UHGV virus genome: UHGV-0089955 | DNA length: 17,733 nt | Strand: one strand, 5' to 3' | DNA from: a virus | Part shown: positions 1 to 6,419 of the stretch, piece after piece | Numbering within the stretch: the first letter of the stretch is position 1 | Layout of the letters: each line of letters starts with the position of its first letter | Notes under the pieces: generated by a model | Seen by the model: the letters and a program-made list of their open reading frames with translations, nothing else | What the model was told of the DNA's origin: nothing | The model's database searches: none | Translations under genes and position numbers: made by a program

Positions 1-195
1 TTAAGAAGGTTGTTCCGGAATGAGTGGGGCTTCTGTTTTTGCTCCGGCTGACTGACTGGCGCTGATTTTCTCTGCGGCCCTTTTATCAATCTGCCTGCGC
101 CAGAAATCGCGCACTGCCCTGTACCCACCCGAAAGAAGATACAGCACACAGACCGCCGTACAGAAGTACAGCATCACCTGATGAACAAATGTCAT
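1..195 (-). CDS. small single-pass membrane protein (64 aa), function unknown; possibly first gene of the lysis cassette (holin-like)
   Basis: Complete ORF (ATG at 195-193, TAA at 3-1); one hydrophobic segment (MLYFCTAVCVLYLLSGGY) followed by a charged tail; two Met codons in the first 8 residues; lies directly downstream of the esterase gene on the same strand. No match to the lambda S or S21 holins that I can recall. Confidence 0.35.
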   Translation of the reverse strand: MTFVHQVMLYFCTAVCVLYLLSGGYRAVRDFWRRQIDKRAAEKISASQSAGAKTEAPLIPEQPS

Positions 196-291
196 AGTTT
201 CTTACCGTTATGGTTGACAATGAGAACTATTTTCATTTAAAAACCGATATACGAAAGCATCTTTTCTTTACATTCTCCATTGGGATTACCT

Positions 292-328
292 CCGCCAGCT
301 TCCGTTCCTGCCGCTGGCGGCTTTTTTT
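292..328 (+). terminator. intrinsic terminator-like hairpin
   Basis: Inverted repeat CCGCCAGC (292-299) / GCTGGCGG (313-320) followed by TTTTTTT (322-328) on the + strand. Confidence 0.5.
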
Positions 329-333
329 GCCGG

Positions 334-2322
334 TTATGATGATGCCCGGCTTTCGTTAACTTTGACTGTGACCGTATCAAGCAGTACCGGATACGTCGCT
401 TTTGCCCCCGTGATATCTGTCAGCGTCAGCGTATCTGCTGTAAAGCCATCATTTGTCCACATCACAAGGTCAAACGCCGTCTGCTCTGTACCATCAATCA
501 CCGGAACGACTCTTTCGCTGTTATTTCCCGCAAAGCGGAAAACAACCGTATGCCAGTTATGGTCAAACGCACCAAATGTACCCAGTTGTGCATTCGACGT
601 GCCCTTGTGGTGCATAAGATTCAGATTTGATGCATCCGTCTGAAGGAAGAATGATGCCAGCATACTGTTTGCTGCCGCGCCTGACGCCCACTGCGACACC
701 GGCCAGTAGAGACCAAAGACAAACTGTCCGTTCACCAGTTCGCTTCCATCCGGAATTTTGAACCGTACGGCAATTTCACCCCCCTTGCTGAGAAGATTTT
801 TTGCCTCCTCCACTGCAACAGTACAGAACATTTTCCAGGACGTCAGTTTACCGGGCTGTTTTTCCAGTCGCAGCGCTTTCCGTCCACCGTCATCAGTCAC
901 AGTGCCTTTGCCACCGGCAGCCCCCCACTGCTGCTCTGTCCATACACCATTTCCACTGTTCGCATCATATTCAGCCACCGTCCTGGTACTGCTCACGGCC
1001 TCATCATGACCAGTACCAGCAACACCGCCATCCTGCGGTTTCTCAACACCCGGTACCCCCGGACTGACATCATCACCGGGAGTTGTACCACCCGACTGCG
1101 GTGCGCTCTGCCCGGTAAGGAACGATAATGTCCGCCCGGCGTACTGCAAAATGGCACCTGCCAGGCGGTCTGAAACAATGCCTCTTCGCGCCCATGAACT
1201 GAAGTGCGTTTTACGATCGGCTGACGTCCAGTTACTGGCAGTGCGTGACGCAGCGCCATAGTATCCCGCCGGGATAATGTCCGGATCTTCTGACGGCTCG
1301 TTTGTCGGCACATTCACACCATGCTCATCCGTCATCAACGGCACAAAGTGAATATTCTGCGCAGCTTTGCCTTTATACCCACCGTAAACCGCCTCATACG
1401 GCGCTGCATACCTTTCCTTCCAGTAGTACGTGGTATCACCGCAAATCCACGGGACGCTGGCCGTTGTCCCGCCAGTACACTGCTCTGCCACATCTGCCAG
1501 TTCCGTACGGAACTGATTTACCATGGCAAGGAAAAGCGCATTGTGTTCTGCATGTCTCCCCGAACTGACATCTTTTTCTCCCTGCATCCAAATCACTGAT
1601 AACAGCACGTTCTTCGGATTTTTCTTCAGGGCCGCACGGGTTCTGCTGACCAGGTCACGATACAACGGTTTATCCACCCCCCACAGGGAAGAGCCCGCTG
1701 TCGCACCCGACGCCTCATTAAACGCGCCCTCTGCTCCCGCAGTAAATCCCGAATCGCCACGTCCACACGGGACAAGAAGGATCCCCGCACGGGCAGGCAT
1801 AAACGGCAGCAGTTTTTTGGCCACATGCAGGGCATTCCCCACACAGCCATACTGCCCTTTATTGAGGTCTGCTTTCGGGTGATTCAGATTACTCACGTCC
1901 TGCACATCATGCAGACAATGGTCTGCAGGAATAATGTCGTTATATGCACAGGCCGCACCGCCCGGTGTCACCGTGCTGCGACGCGCCAGTTGCTTAATAC
2001 GCGGGTCAGGACGATCATACGTATCCGGCAGCGGCAGCCCCTCGCCAAAAGACATCGAGTTGGACTGCCCGGCCAGCGCAATGACAAAGTAATATTCCGG
2101 TTCGCTGGTGGTGCTGATAACAGCGCCACCATCACCCGACGGTTGCACCACCACCGGTGTGGTGACATCACCTTCCGCCGCAATGGCCTGCATCAGGGTA
2201 TAGGGCGTGATGGCCACCGGACTGCCAAATGGCTGCCACCCCTCCTTCAGTTTTTGAGTCAGTCGCTCCGCAAGGTCTGACGGCGACGCCGCCCTGACCA
2301 CGTCATAGTGTTTAAATGCCAT
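334..2322 (-). CDS. nanS-p: prophage-type sialate O-acetylesterase (NanS-p-like SGNH/SASA-family hydrolase), 662 aa
   Basis: GQSNS block (AGQSNSMSFGEG) typical of SASA/SGNH esterases, read from the translation; long Gly/Thr-rich linker and C-terminal domain; GGAGG 5 nt upstream of the ATG; position downstream of the phage tRNA array as in Stx-type phages. Family assignment is from remembered motifs, not a search. Confidence 0.75.
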   Translation of the reverse strand: MAFKHYDVVRAASPSDLAERLTQKLKEGWQPFGSPVAITPYTLMQAIAAEGDVTTPVVVQPSGDGGAVISTTSEPEYYFVIALAGQSNSMSFGEGLPLPDTYDRPDPRIKQLARRSTVTPGGAACAYNDIIPADHCLHDVQDVSNLNHPKADLNKGQYGCVGNALHVAKKLLPFMPARAGILLVPCGRGDSGFTAGAEGAFNEASGATAGSSLWGVDKPLYRDLVSRTRAALKKNPKNVLLSVIWMQGEKDVSSGRHAEHNALFLAMVNQFRTELADVAEQCTGGTTASVPWICGDTTYYWKERYAAPYEAVYGGYKGKAAQNIHFVPLMTDEHGVNVPTNEPSEDPDIIPAGYYGAASRTASNWTSADRKTHFSSWARRGIVSDRLAGAILQYAGRTLSFLTGQSAPQSGGTTPGDDVSPGVPGVEKPQDGGVAGTGHDEAVSSTRTVAEYDANSGNGVWTEQQWGAAGGKGTVTDDGGRKALRLEKQPGKLTSWKMFCTVAVEEAKNLLSKGGEIAVRFKIPDGSELVNGQFVFGLYWPVSQWASGAAANSMLASFFLQTDASNLNLMHHKGTSNAQLGTFGAFDHNWHTVVFRFAGNNSERVVPVIDGTEQTAFDLVMWTNDGFTADTLTLTDITGAKATYPVLLDTVTVKVNESRASS

Positions 2323-2515
2323 GAATCCTCCCGGTCGGGATAATGTTGTGAGTCAGATGAGGGAACGGGCTGAAGTCCGGAAGTTACAGGACAATGGCAG
2401 GAGGAAGACTACAGCCCGCAATACGAAAAAGGCCGCGCAGTTGCGCAGAGTGATTACTATGGGGTATTATTCGCCAGCTGAAATATTACTTCACGTTTTA
2501 TTGTTTATTCCTTGC

Positions 2516-2543
2516 CGCCCGCGTCTCCCAGCGCGGGCTTTTT
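2516..2543 (+). terminator. intrinsic terminator (GCCCGCG / CGCGGGC hairpin + T6)
   Basis: 7-bp GC stem 2516-2522 / 2531-2537 with 8-nt loop, followed by TTTTTT. Confidence 0.5.
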
Positions 2544-2599
2544 TGTCCATAAGAAAGCCCCTCCGGAGAGGGGCTGAAGCCGCATTTCTGTATCACCAT

Positions 2600-2810
2600 G
2601 AACATGGTGCCGGGTGCCTCCCGGTGAGTTCAGCCCGGTGCCACTGAACCCGCGATCTCTTCTGGGTCATCACGGATGATGAATTGTTGTCACCAGTCGC
2701 CCCACCGCACAGGGGGATTCACCATGCAATACTTTTTTAACAAAAAAGATAAAACGAAATCAACACTCAACTCACTGAAATGTGAAGAATTTAACATTTT
2801 CACATAAGAA
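2600..2810. repeat. copy A of a duplicated ~200-bp structured module (hairpin CCGGGTGCCTCCCGG, block CCAGTCGCCCCACCGC, SD-like AGGGGGATTCACC-ATG, 27-codon micro-ORF 2724-2807)
   Basis: Direct by-eye alignment with copy B at 3015-3220; shared blocks at 2610-2624 vs 3026-3040 and 2693-2726 vs 3097-3130. Confidence 0.6.
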
Positions 2811-2925
2811 CGTATGTTCCTTGTCACATCCCCGATCAGAACACAAATCAGCCTGTTGAAAACAACAATAACCTCAGGGTACTATTTTCAGGCAAATAAT
2901 AAAAAATGTATTCTCATGCATACTT

Positions 2926-2952
2926 GCCCGCTGCCATAGACGGGCTTTTTTT
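2926..2952 (+). terminator. intrinsic terminator (GCCCG / CGGGC hairpin + T7)
   Basis: Stem 2926-2930 / 2941-2945, 10-nt loop, then TTTTTTT. Confidence 0.5.
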
Positions 2953-2956
2953 ACTC

Positions 2957-2988
2957 AAAAAAAAGCCTCTACTAAAATTCGTAGAGGC
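2957..2988 (-). terminator. intrinsic terminator on minus strand (GCCTCTAC / GTAGAGGC hairpin + U8)
   Basis: 8-bp stem 2965-2972 / 2981-2988 with 8-nt loop; A8 at 2957-2964 on the + strand gives U8 after the hairpin on the minus strand; convergent with the + strand terminator at 2926-2952. Confidence 0.6.
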
Positions 2989-3014
2989 CTGAATACATTT
3001 CCAATTTTCCACAT

Positions 3015-3220
3015 TATGCATGATGCCGGGTGCCTCCCGGTAGATTCAGCCTGGCAAACTAAATCTGCGGATTGTGACCATCGTAATGGAGCCTTGCCAG
3101 TCGCCCCACCGCTTAGGGGGATTCATCATGCGGAGTGATTTTTAACAAATTCCCCACCAGAAAAACAATAATCACCTTCCTGAATTGTGAGGTATTTAAA
3201 AATTTCACCAGATAACTGAT
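3015..3220. repeat. copy B of the duplicated structured module (micro-ORF homologue 3135-3215, GTG start, frame change relative to copy A)
   Basis: Same hairpin and conserved blocks as copy A; the translated frame NKFPTRKTIITFLNCEVFKNFTR parallels copy A NKKDKTKSTLNSLKCEEFNIFT. Confidence 0.6.
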
Positions 3221-3254
3221 ACCCGACTAACCATCTGATGTTTTCTTTTTCAGC

Positions 3255-3281
3255 AAATTAAAAGGCCCGCCGAAGCGAGCC
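3255..3281 (-). terminator. intrinsic terminator downstream of the tRNA array (UUCG tetraloop hairpin + U-rich tail)
   Basis: Minus-strand reading GGCTCGC-UUCG-GCGGGCC followed by UUUUAAUUU; 7-bp stem with one G-U pair. Confidence 0.55.
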
Positions 3282-3294
3282 AGGAAAATAAGTG

Positions 3295-3371
3295 TGGCGC
3301 GTTGTACTGGATTCGAACCAGTGACCGATTACTTAGAAGGCAATTGCTCTGTCCGGCTGAGCTAACAACGC
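3295..3371 (-). tRNA. argO: tRNA-Arg, anticodon UCU (reads AGA), 77 nt, CCA encoded
   Basis: Hand-folded cloverleaf: acceptor GCGTTGT/ACAACGC, D-arm GCTC..GAGC, anticodon loop CUUCUAA, T-arm ACTGG-TTCGAAT-CCAGT, 3' GCCA. Third gene of an ileZ-argN-argO-type phage array. Confidence 0.85.
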
Positions 3372-3384
3372 AGAATACCGATAA

Positions 3385-3461
3385 TGGACCGCCATCGAGG
3401 ACTCGAACCCCGCGCAACCAGCTTCGAAGGCTGGCGCTCTATCCTGATGAGCTAATGGCGG
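3385..3461 (-). tRNA. argN: tRNA-Arg, anticodon UCG (reads CGA), 77 nt, CCA encoded
   Basis: Hand-folded cloverleaf: perfect 7-bp acceptor CCGCCAT/ATGGCGG, D-arm GCTC..GAGC, anticodon stem CCAGC/GCTGG with loop CUUCGAA, T-arm CGGGG-TTCGAGT-CCTCG. Confidence 0.8.
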
Positions 3462-3468
3462 TATGTGA

Positions 3469-3545
3469 TGGTGGCCCTTGCTGGATTTGAACCAGCGACC
3501 TGGCGATTATAACTCGCTCTCATCATTTAGCTAAAATGGCTGGGG
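3469..3545 (-). tRNA. ileZ: tRNA-Ile-like gene in the ileZ position; non-canonical, possibly a pseudo-tRNA (anticodon region TTATAA, candidate anticodon UAU)
   Basis: 3' half is canonical (T-arm GCTGG-TTCAAAT-CCAGC, acceptor 3' strand AAGGGCC, discriminator A, CCA). The 5' acceptor strand has two mismatches, and relative to the E. coli tRNA-Ile2 layout as I remember it about 4 nt of the anticodon-stem 5' strand are missing, so I could not fold a full cloverleaf. 5' boundary uncertain. Confidence 0.45.
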
Positions 3546-3665
3546 GAGTGATGATACATCAGTCACATTAAACATGAAAACAAATCGTTTTAGGTGAAAT
3601 ACAAAAAGAATAGTGATTAAATATCAAATGGATATGCTTTAAATCTAACCACAGTAAGGACGAGT

Positions 3666-4610
3666 ATGATTTTTCTCAAGAATGGCGAAAGTTTTATTCG
3701 CGTGAATGACTGGGCAGAAATTCAGGCGAGAGAGTCTTACTATCCCAAATTAGAGTTAAATGATCAGCAACTCTCTGACGTTTTTGGTTACTACGATGAC
3801 CTACCAGAGGAAATTCCATGTGGAAAATCAAATTGCCGCAAAGGGCATAAAAAGGGATTTCTGGTAGTTACGAAAGAAGGATTTGAAACGAATATCGGCC
3901 ATGTATGTGGAACTAATGTTTTTGGTATAGCATTTGATAATTTAGCAATAGAACTTTGCCGAAAAGCAGATTTCCATCGCTTACTTACCGCACTTAAAGA
4001 GGCAAAAGATGATATTTTTAGCTATTACAAACTCAAAGCCAAAATCGAATCTGGGCGTCCATCACTAACTGAGGTTGCTCATAGAATACTTGACATGAAA
4101 GACCCTAAAATCATCGGGCGTGCGGCTTATCAAACATTGAAAAAGATGGCTGCTTCTGGTGATGGGCGTGTTTTCCGCTCAAGATTAAAAAATACAGAAG
4201 AGCTAGAACTGGACGAAATTATGTCCCAGAAGCAAACAAGCGACTCAGCTCCAAAAGTTAACAACAAAAACAAAACCGTAAATGAACTTATTGGGGTAAT
4301 ACAATACCCTGAATGCTTGCTGAATGATTATGACATTGCTCTTCTTTATGAAAGAGATATAAAAATGGTTCTGGAAAAATTAAACAAATGTACCCCAGAT
4401 GAATTGACTGAAAGAGAGGTGTTGTCTTTTGGAATAAAGGTTTCAAGATTAAGAGAACGCTTTAACTTTGCTCAGGAACGCTTAGAAAAATCCAGGGTTT
4501 TTGCAACAAGAGAAAACCTTAAACCTTTACGTGCATTACTTAACATTCAGAAATCTGTAAGCAATAAAGACAAATTACTATTTAAGAAATTTATGGAAAA
4601 TTTACCATAA
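3666..4610 (+). CDS. hypothetical protein, 314 aa, AT-rich orphan (moron) gene; possible small Zn-binding module near the N-terminus
   Basis: Long ORF with SD (AAGGA) 7 nt upstream of ATG 3666; followed at 4618-4635 by a GC hairpin; composition visibly more AT-rich than neighbours; convergent with Q. No recognisable catalytic motif. Confidence 0.7.
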   Translation: MIFLKNGESFIRVNDWAEIQARESYYPKLELNDQQLSDVFGYYDDLPEEIPCGKSNCRKGHKKGFLVVTKEGFETNIGHVCGTNVFGIAFDNLAIELCRKADFHRLLTALKEAKDDIFSYYKLKAKIESGRPSLTEVAHRILDMKDPKIIGRAAYQTLKKMAASGDGRVFRSRLKNTEELELDEIMSQKQTSDSAPKVNNKNKTVNELIGVIQYPECLLNDYDIALLYERDIKMVLEKLNKCTPDELTEREVLSFGIKVSRLRERFNFAQERLEKSRVFATRENLKPLRALLNIQKSVSNKDKLLFKKFMENLP

Positions 4611-4635
4611 TTAAAAAACCCGCTATAAAGCGGGT
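4611..4635. terminator. hairpin terminator, strongest on the minus strand (candidate tR' downstream of PR'), also closes the + strand 314-aa gene
   Basis: Stem ACCCGCT (4618-4624) / AGCGGGT (4629-4635), loop ATAA; on the minus strand the hairpin is followed by UUUUUUAA (4611-4617); on the + strand a looser T-rich tract follows (4636-4650). Confidence 0.55.
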
Positions 4636-4677
4636 TCCGTGTTAATTTTTATATTGGCGCTAAACCCCATAATTAAA

Positions 4678-4707
4678 ATGATACAAGACAATTTTATGCA
4701 AAGTCAA
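4678..4707 (-). promoter_or_regulatory. candidate late promoter PR' (-35 TTGACT, 18-bp spacer, -10 TATCAT) immediately downstream of Q
   Basis: Minus-strand reading TTGACT-ttgcataaaattgtcttg-TATCAT; placed between the Q stop (4747) and the hairpin at 4611-4635, the arrangement expected for a Q-dependent PR'/qut/tR' unit. Confidence 0.4.
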
Positions 4708-4746
4708 GTCGGTTGCTCAAAAATCTCTCCGCCAAAGCTGTTCAGA

Positions 4747-5562
4747 TCAGTAACTCGTTGCCTTCTCAAATTCTCTAGCCGCATGCCGCTCACCTTGATG
4801 CAGGATATCAATCAATTTTTCATAGAATGGTTTCCAATTGCGCGACCATGAAGACTGGTGCAGATCGGGAATGTATATTTGAATAGCTCGATGAACATTA
4901 GCTGATTTGATAGATACGAATCCCTTTCCACTACAACGCTCGCAGATTTTAAACACTGGCACACCACGCTCGCTTGTGGCTTTGCGGTCCAGTACCTCTC
5001 CCTTTCCACCACAACGACACCTGGCACTTATCACTCCCTTCCCTTTACATACATCGCAAACGACTGGTACAACTTCCGTTACCTCTGTCCATCTTTCCCA
5101 GTCTGACGGTCGAACAGCACGGGAGCGACTGGCCCAATATGGTGCTTTACCCCATGGGTATGAAACCTTACGAATGACCTGCTTACGGGGTGTTAGTCCG
5201 GTACCACTGCAACTATGGCATGTTACGCTGGTGGCCGCCGATCGGGAATACTCAGCAAAAGCAAACTGAGCCAGTACCAGCATACACCAGCCAAATTCAC
5301 CACCAGCTGCTTTACGCACATTCTTCGGTGCAATTTCCATCGCGTGACGCGCCAGCGCCTGGACTGCCATCTGCTCATCAGTCTTGCTGATACCGGCCTT
5401 CCCGAAGAAGGCCGCCAGGCCAAACCGCTCACGATTACTGGTGGTACCAATAGCCGCCATAACATCGGTGCCTGTAAGACGTTCCGGAGAGGTTCCTTTC
5501 ACATCGTCGCCGATATACATTCCCTGAGGACTGAAGTATTTTAGCGATGCCTCAAGCTTCAT
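4747..5562 (-). CDS. late-gene antiterminator Q-like protein (271 aa) with repeated CxxCxGxG zinc-finger motifs
   Basis: Four Cys pairs (CHSCSGTG, CDVCKGKG, CRCGGKG, CERCSGKG) resembling DnaJ-type zinc fingers; last gene of the replication/nin block and immediately upstream of the PR'-like promoter and tRNA array; start overlaps the upstream stop (TAATG). Confidence 0.6.
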   Translation of the reverse strand: MKLEASLKYFSPQGMYIGDDVKGTSPERLTGTDVMAAIGTTSNRERFGLAAFFGKAGISKTDEQMAVQALARHAMEIAPKNVRKAAGGEFGWCMLVLAQFAFAEYSRSAATSVTCHSCSGTGLTPRKQVIRKVSYPWGKAPYWASRSRAVRPSDWERWTEVTEVVPVVCDVCKGKGVISARCRCGGKGEVLDRKATSERGVPVFKICERCSGKGFVSIKSANVHRAIQIYIPDLHQSSWSRNWKPFYEKLIDILHQGERHAAREFEKATSY

Positions 5563-6419
5563 TATTCACACTCCCCAACCAGATTGAGAATGACCGCTGC
5601 ACCGTCGTCTTCCATGCATTCACCCTTACCACTTGCCAGAAACCAGCGGCACACCTCCACGGCTTCAGCGCGTGTCACCGGTTTGATGGTTGCCAGCAAT
5701 TTTTCAAGGTAGCGCTCGCGGTCATATACCGATTCGTGATGCTCAGAGTAACCAAACTCATCGCCCTGTTCTTTAGTTGCAGTGTGGCGAACACTGTAGA
5801 GCCAGTCCCAGTAAACGAACTCGCGAACAACATCAGACAGCGTATAAGGCTCAGGCAGCACATCGCGATATCCATCAACAAATGCCCGACGCTGTTCATC
5901 AATTTCGTTCATGCGGCTGCCGCCAATGCTTCCGGCTTTTTTCTCTGCCGCAGTCCAGCCCCAGAGATGATCGTTGATAAATTTCTGGGAAGACCTGATG
6001 ACCCGCTCTGCTTCCACATCTTCGAGCGCTGCTTCATAGCTACCAAACGTAGCCCTGACTGATGCCGCTTTTTTGATGTTCTCCCGGGCGTTCCTGATAA
6101 CCTGCGCAGGGTTATCCATGCCGATGATGCCGAACGCAACCTGGAAAGGTTCGTAACCATTCGCCAGCAGATAACGCGAATAGCGTTCCTGAGCCTCTTT
6201 TGGGGAAATTTTAATTTTCACCAGCGCAGCCTCAGCAGCATCCAGATGTGCGGGTTCGTTCAGACGGATAACCTCCAGCACCCAAAGATAAGCATCAGTC
6301 TGCTTATGCCCGGTGATTCTCCGTTGCTCTGGCAGGGGCTTGATGTTTGCGAGGGCGGAGCTGTACGCTGCCGTCGGGATGGTGAATAGTGCTTTATGTT
6401 CGTTATTATCAGTACGCAT
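5562..6419 (-). CDS. hypothetical protein, 285 aa, translationally coupled between primase and Q (nin-region position)
   Basis: ORF with TAATG stop-start overlaps at both ends (6419 and 5562); no motif recognised. Confidence 0.65.
   Translation of the reverse strand: MRTDNNEHKALFTIPTAAYSSALANIKPLPEQRRITGHKQTDAYLWVLEVIRLNEPAHLDAAEAALVKIKISPKEAQERYSRYLLANGYEPFQVAFGIIGMDNPAQVIRNARENIKKAASVRATFGSYEAALEDVEAERVIRSSQKFINDHLWGWTAAEKKAGSIGGSRMNEIDEQRRAFVDGYRDVLPEPYTLSDVVREFVYWDWLYSVRHTATKEQGDEFGYSEHHESVYDRERYLEKLLATIKPVTRAEAVEVCRWFLASGKGECMEDDGAAVILNLVGECE

Noticed and set aside
362-2280. Several 60-150-aa ORFs on both strands inside the esterase gene (for example 362-643, 1523-1882, 1825-2280)
   Set aside because: All are embedded in or antisense to a long, well-supported CDS and lack ribosome-binding sites; typical shadow ORFs of GC-rich coding sequence.
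2321-2647. 108-aa + strand ORF starting at the nanS-p start codon region
   Set aside because: No SD before its ATG, runs through two terminator hairpins and into repeat module A, and its product is low-complexity Arg/Pro-rich; most likely a chance ORF in GC-rich non-coding sequence.
2690-2730. Resemblance of the GGGGGATTCAC / CCAGTCGCCCCACC blocks to ERIC-type enterobacterial intergenic repeats
   Set aside because: Only short core matches to the ERIC ends as I remember them; the overall arrangement and length do not fit, so I describe them as a local duplication only.
2600-3220. Possibility that the duplicated modules are tRNA genes or tRNA remnants
   Set aside because: One copy reads GGCACCA on the minus strand, but neither copy has a T-loop consensus or foldable cloverleaf; the CCGGG-TGCCT-CCCGG hairpin is too short for a T-arm.
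2330-3294. Search for stx (Shiga toxin) A and B subunit genes in the slot between the tRNA array and the esterase
   Set aside because: No ORF of suitable size (about 319 plus 89 codons) with a signal peptide exists on either strand here; the prophage is toxin-free in this window.
4639-4851. 70-aa + strand ORF spanning the PR'-like region and the 3' end of the Q gene
   Set aside because: Overlaps the Q coding region antisense and the promoter/terminator elements; no SD; likely spurious.
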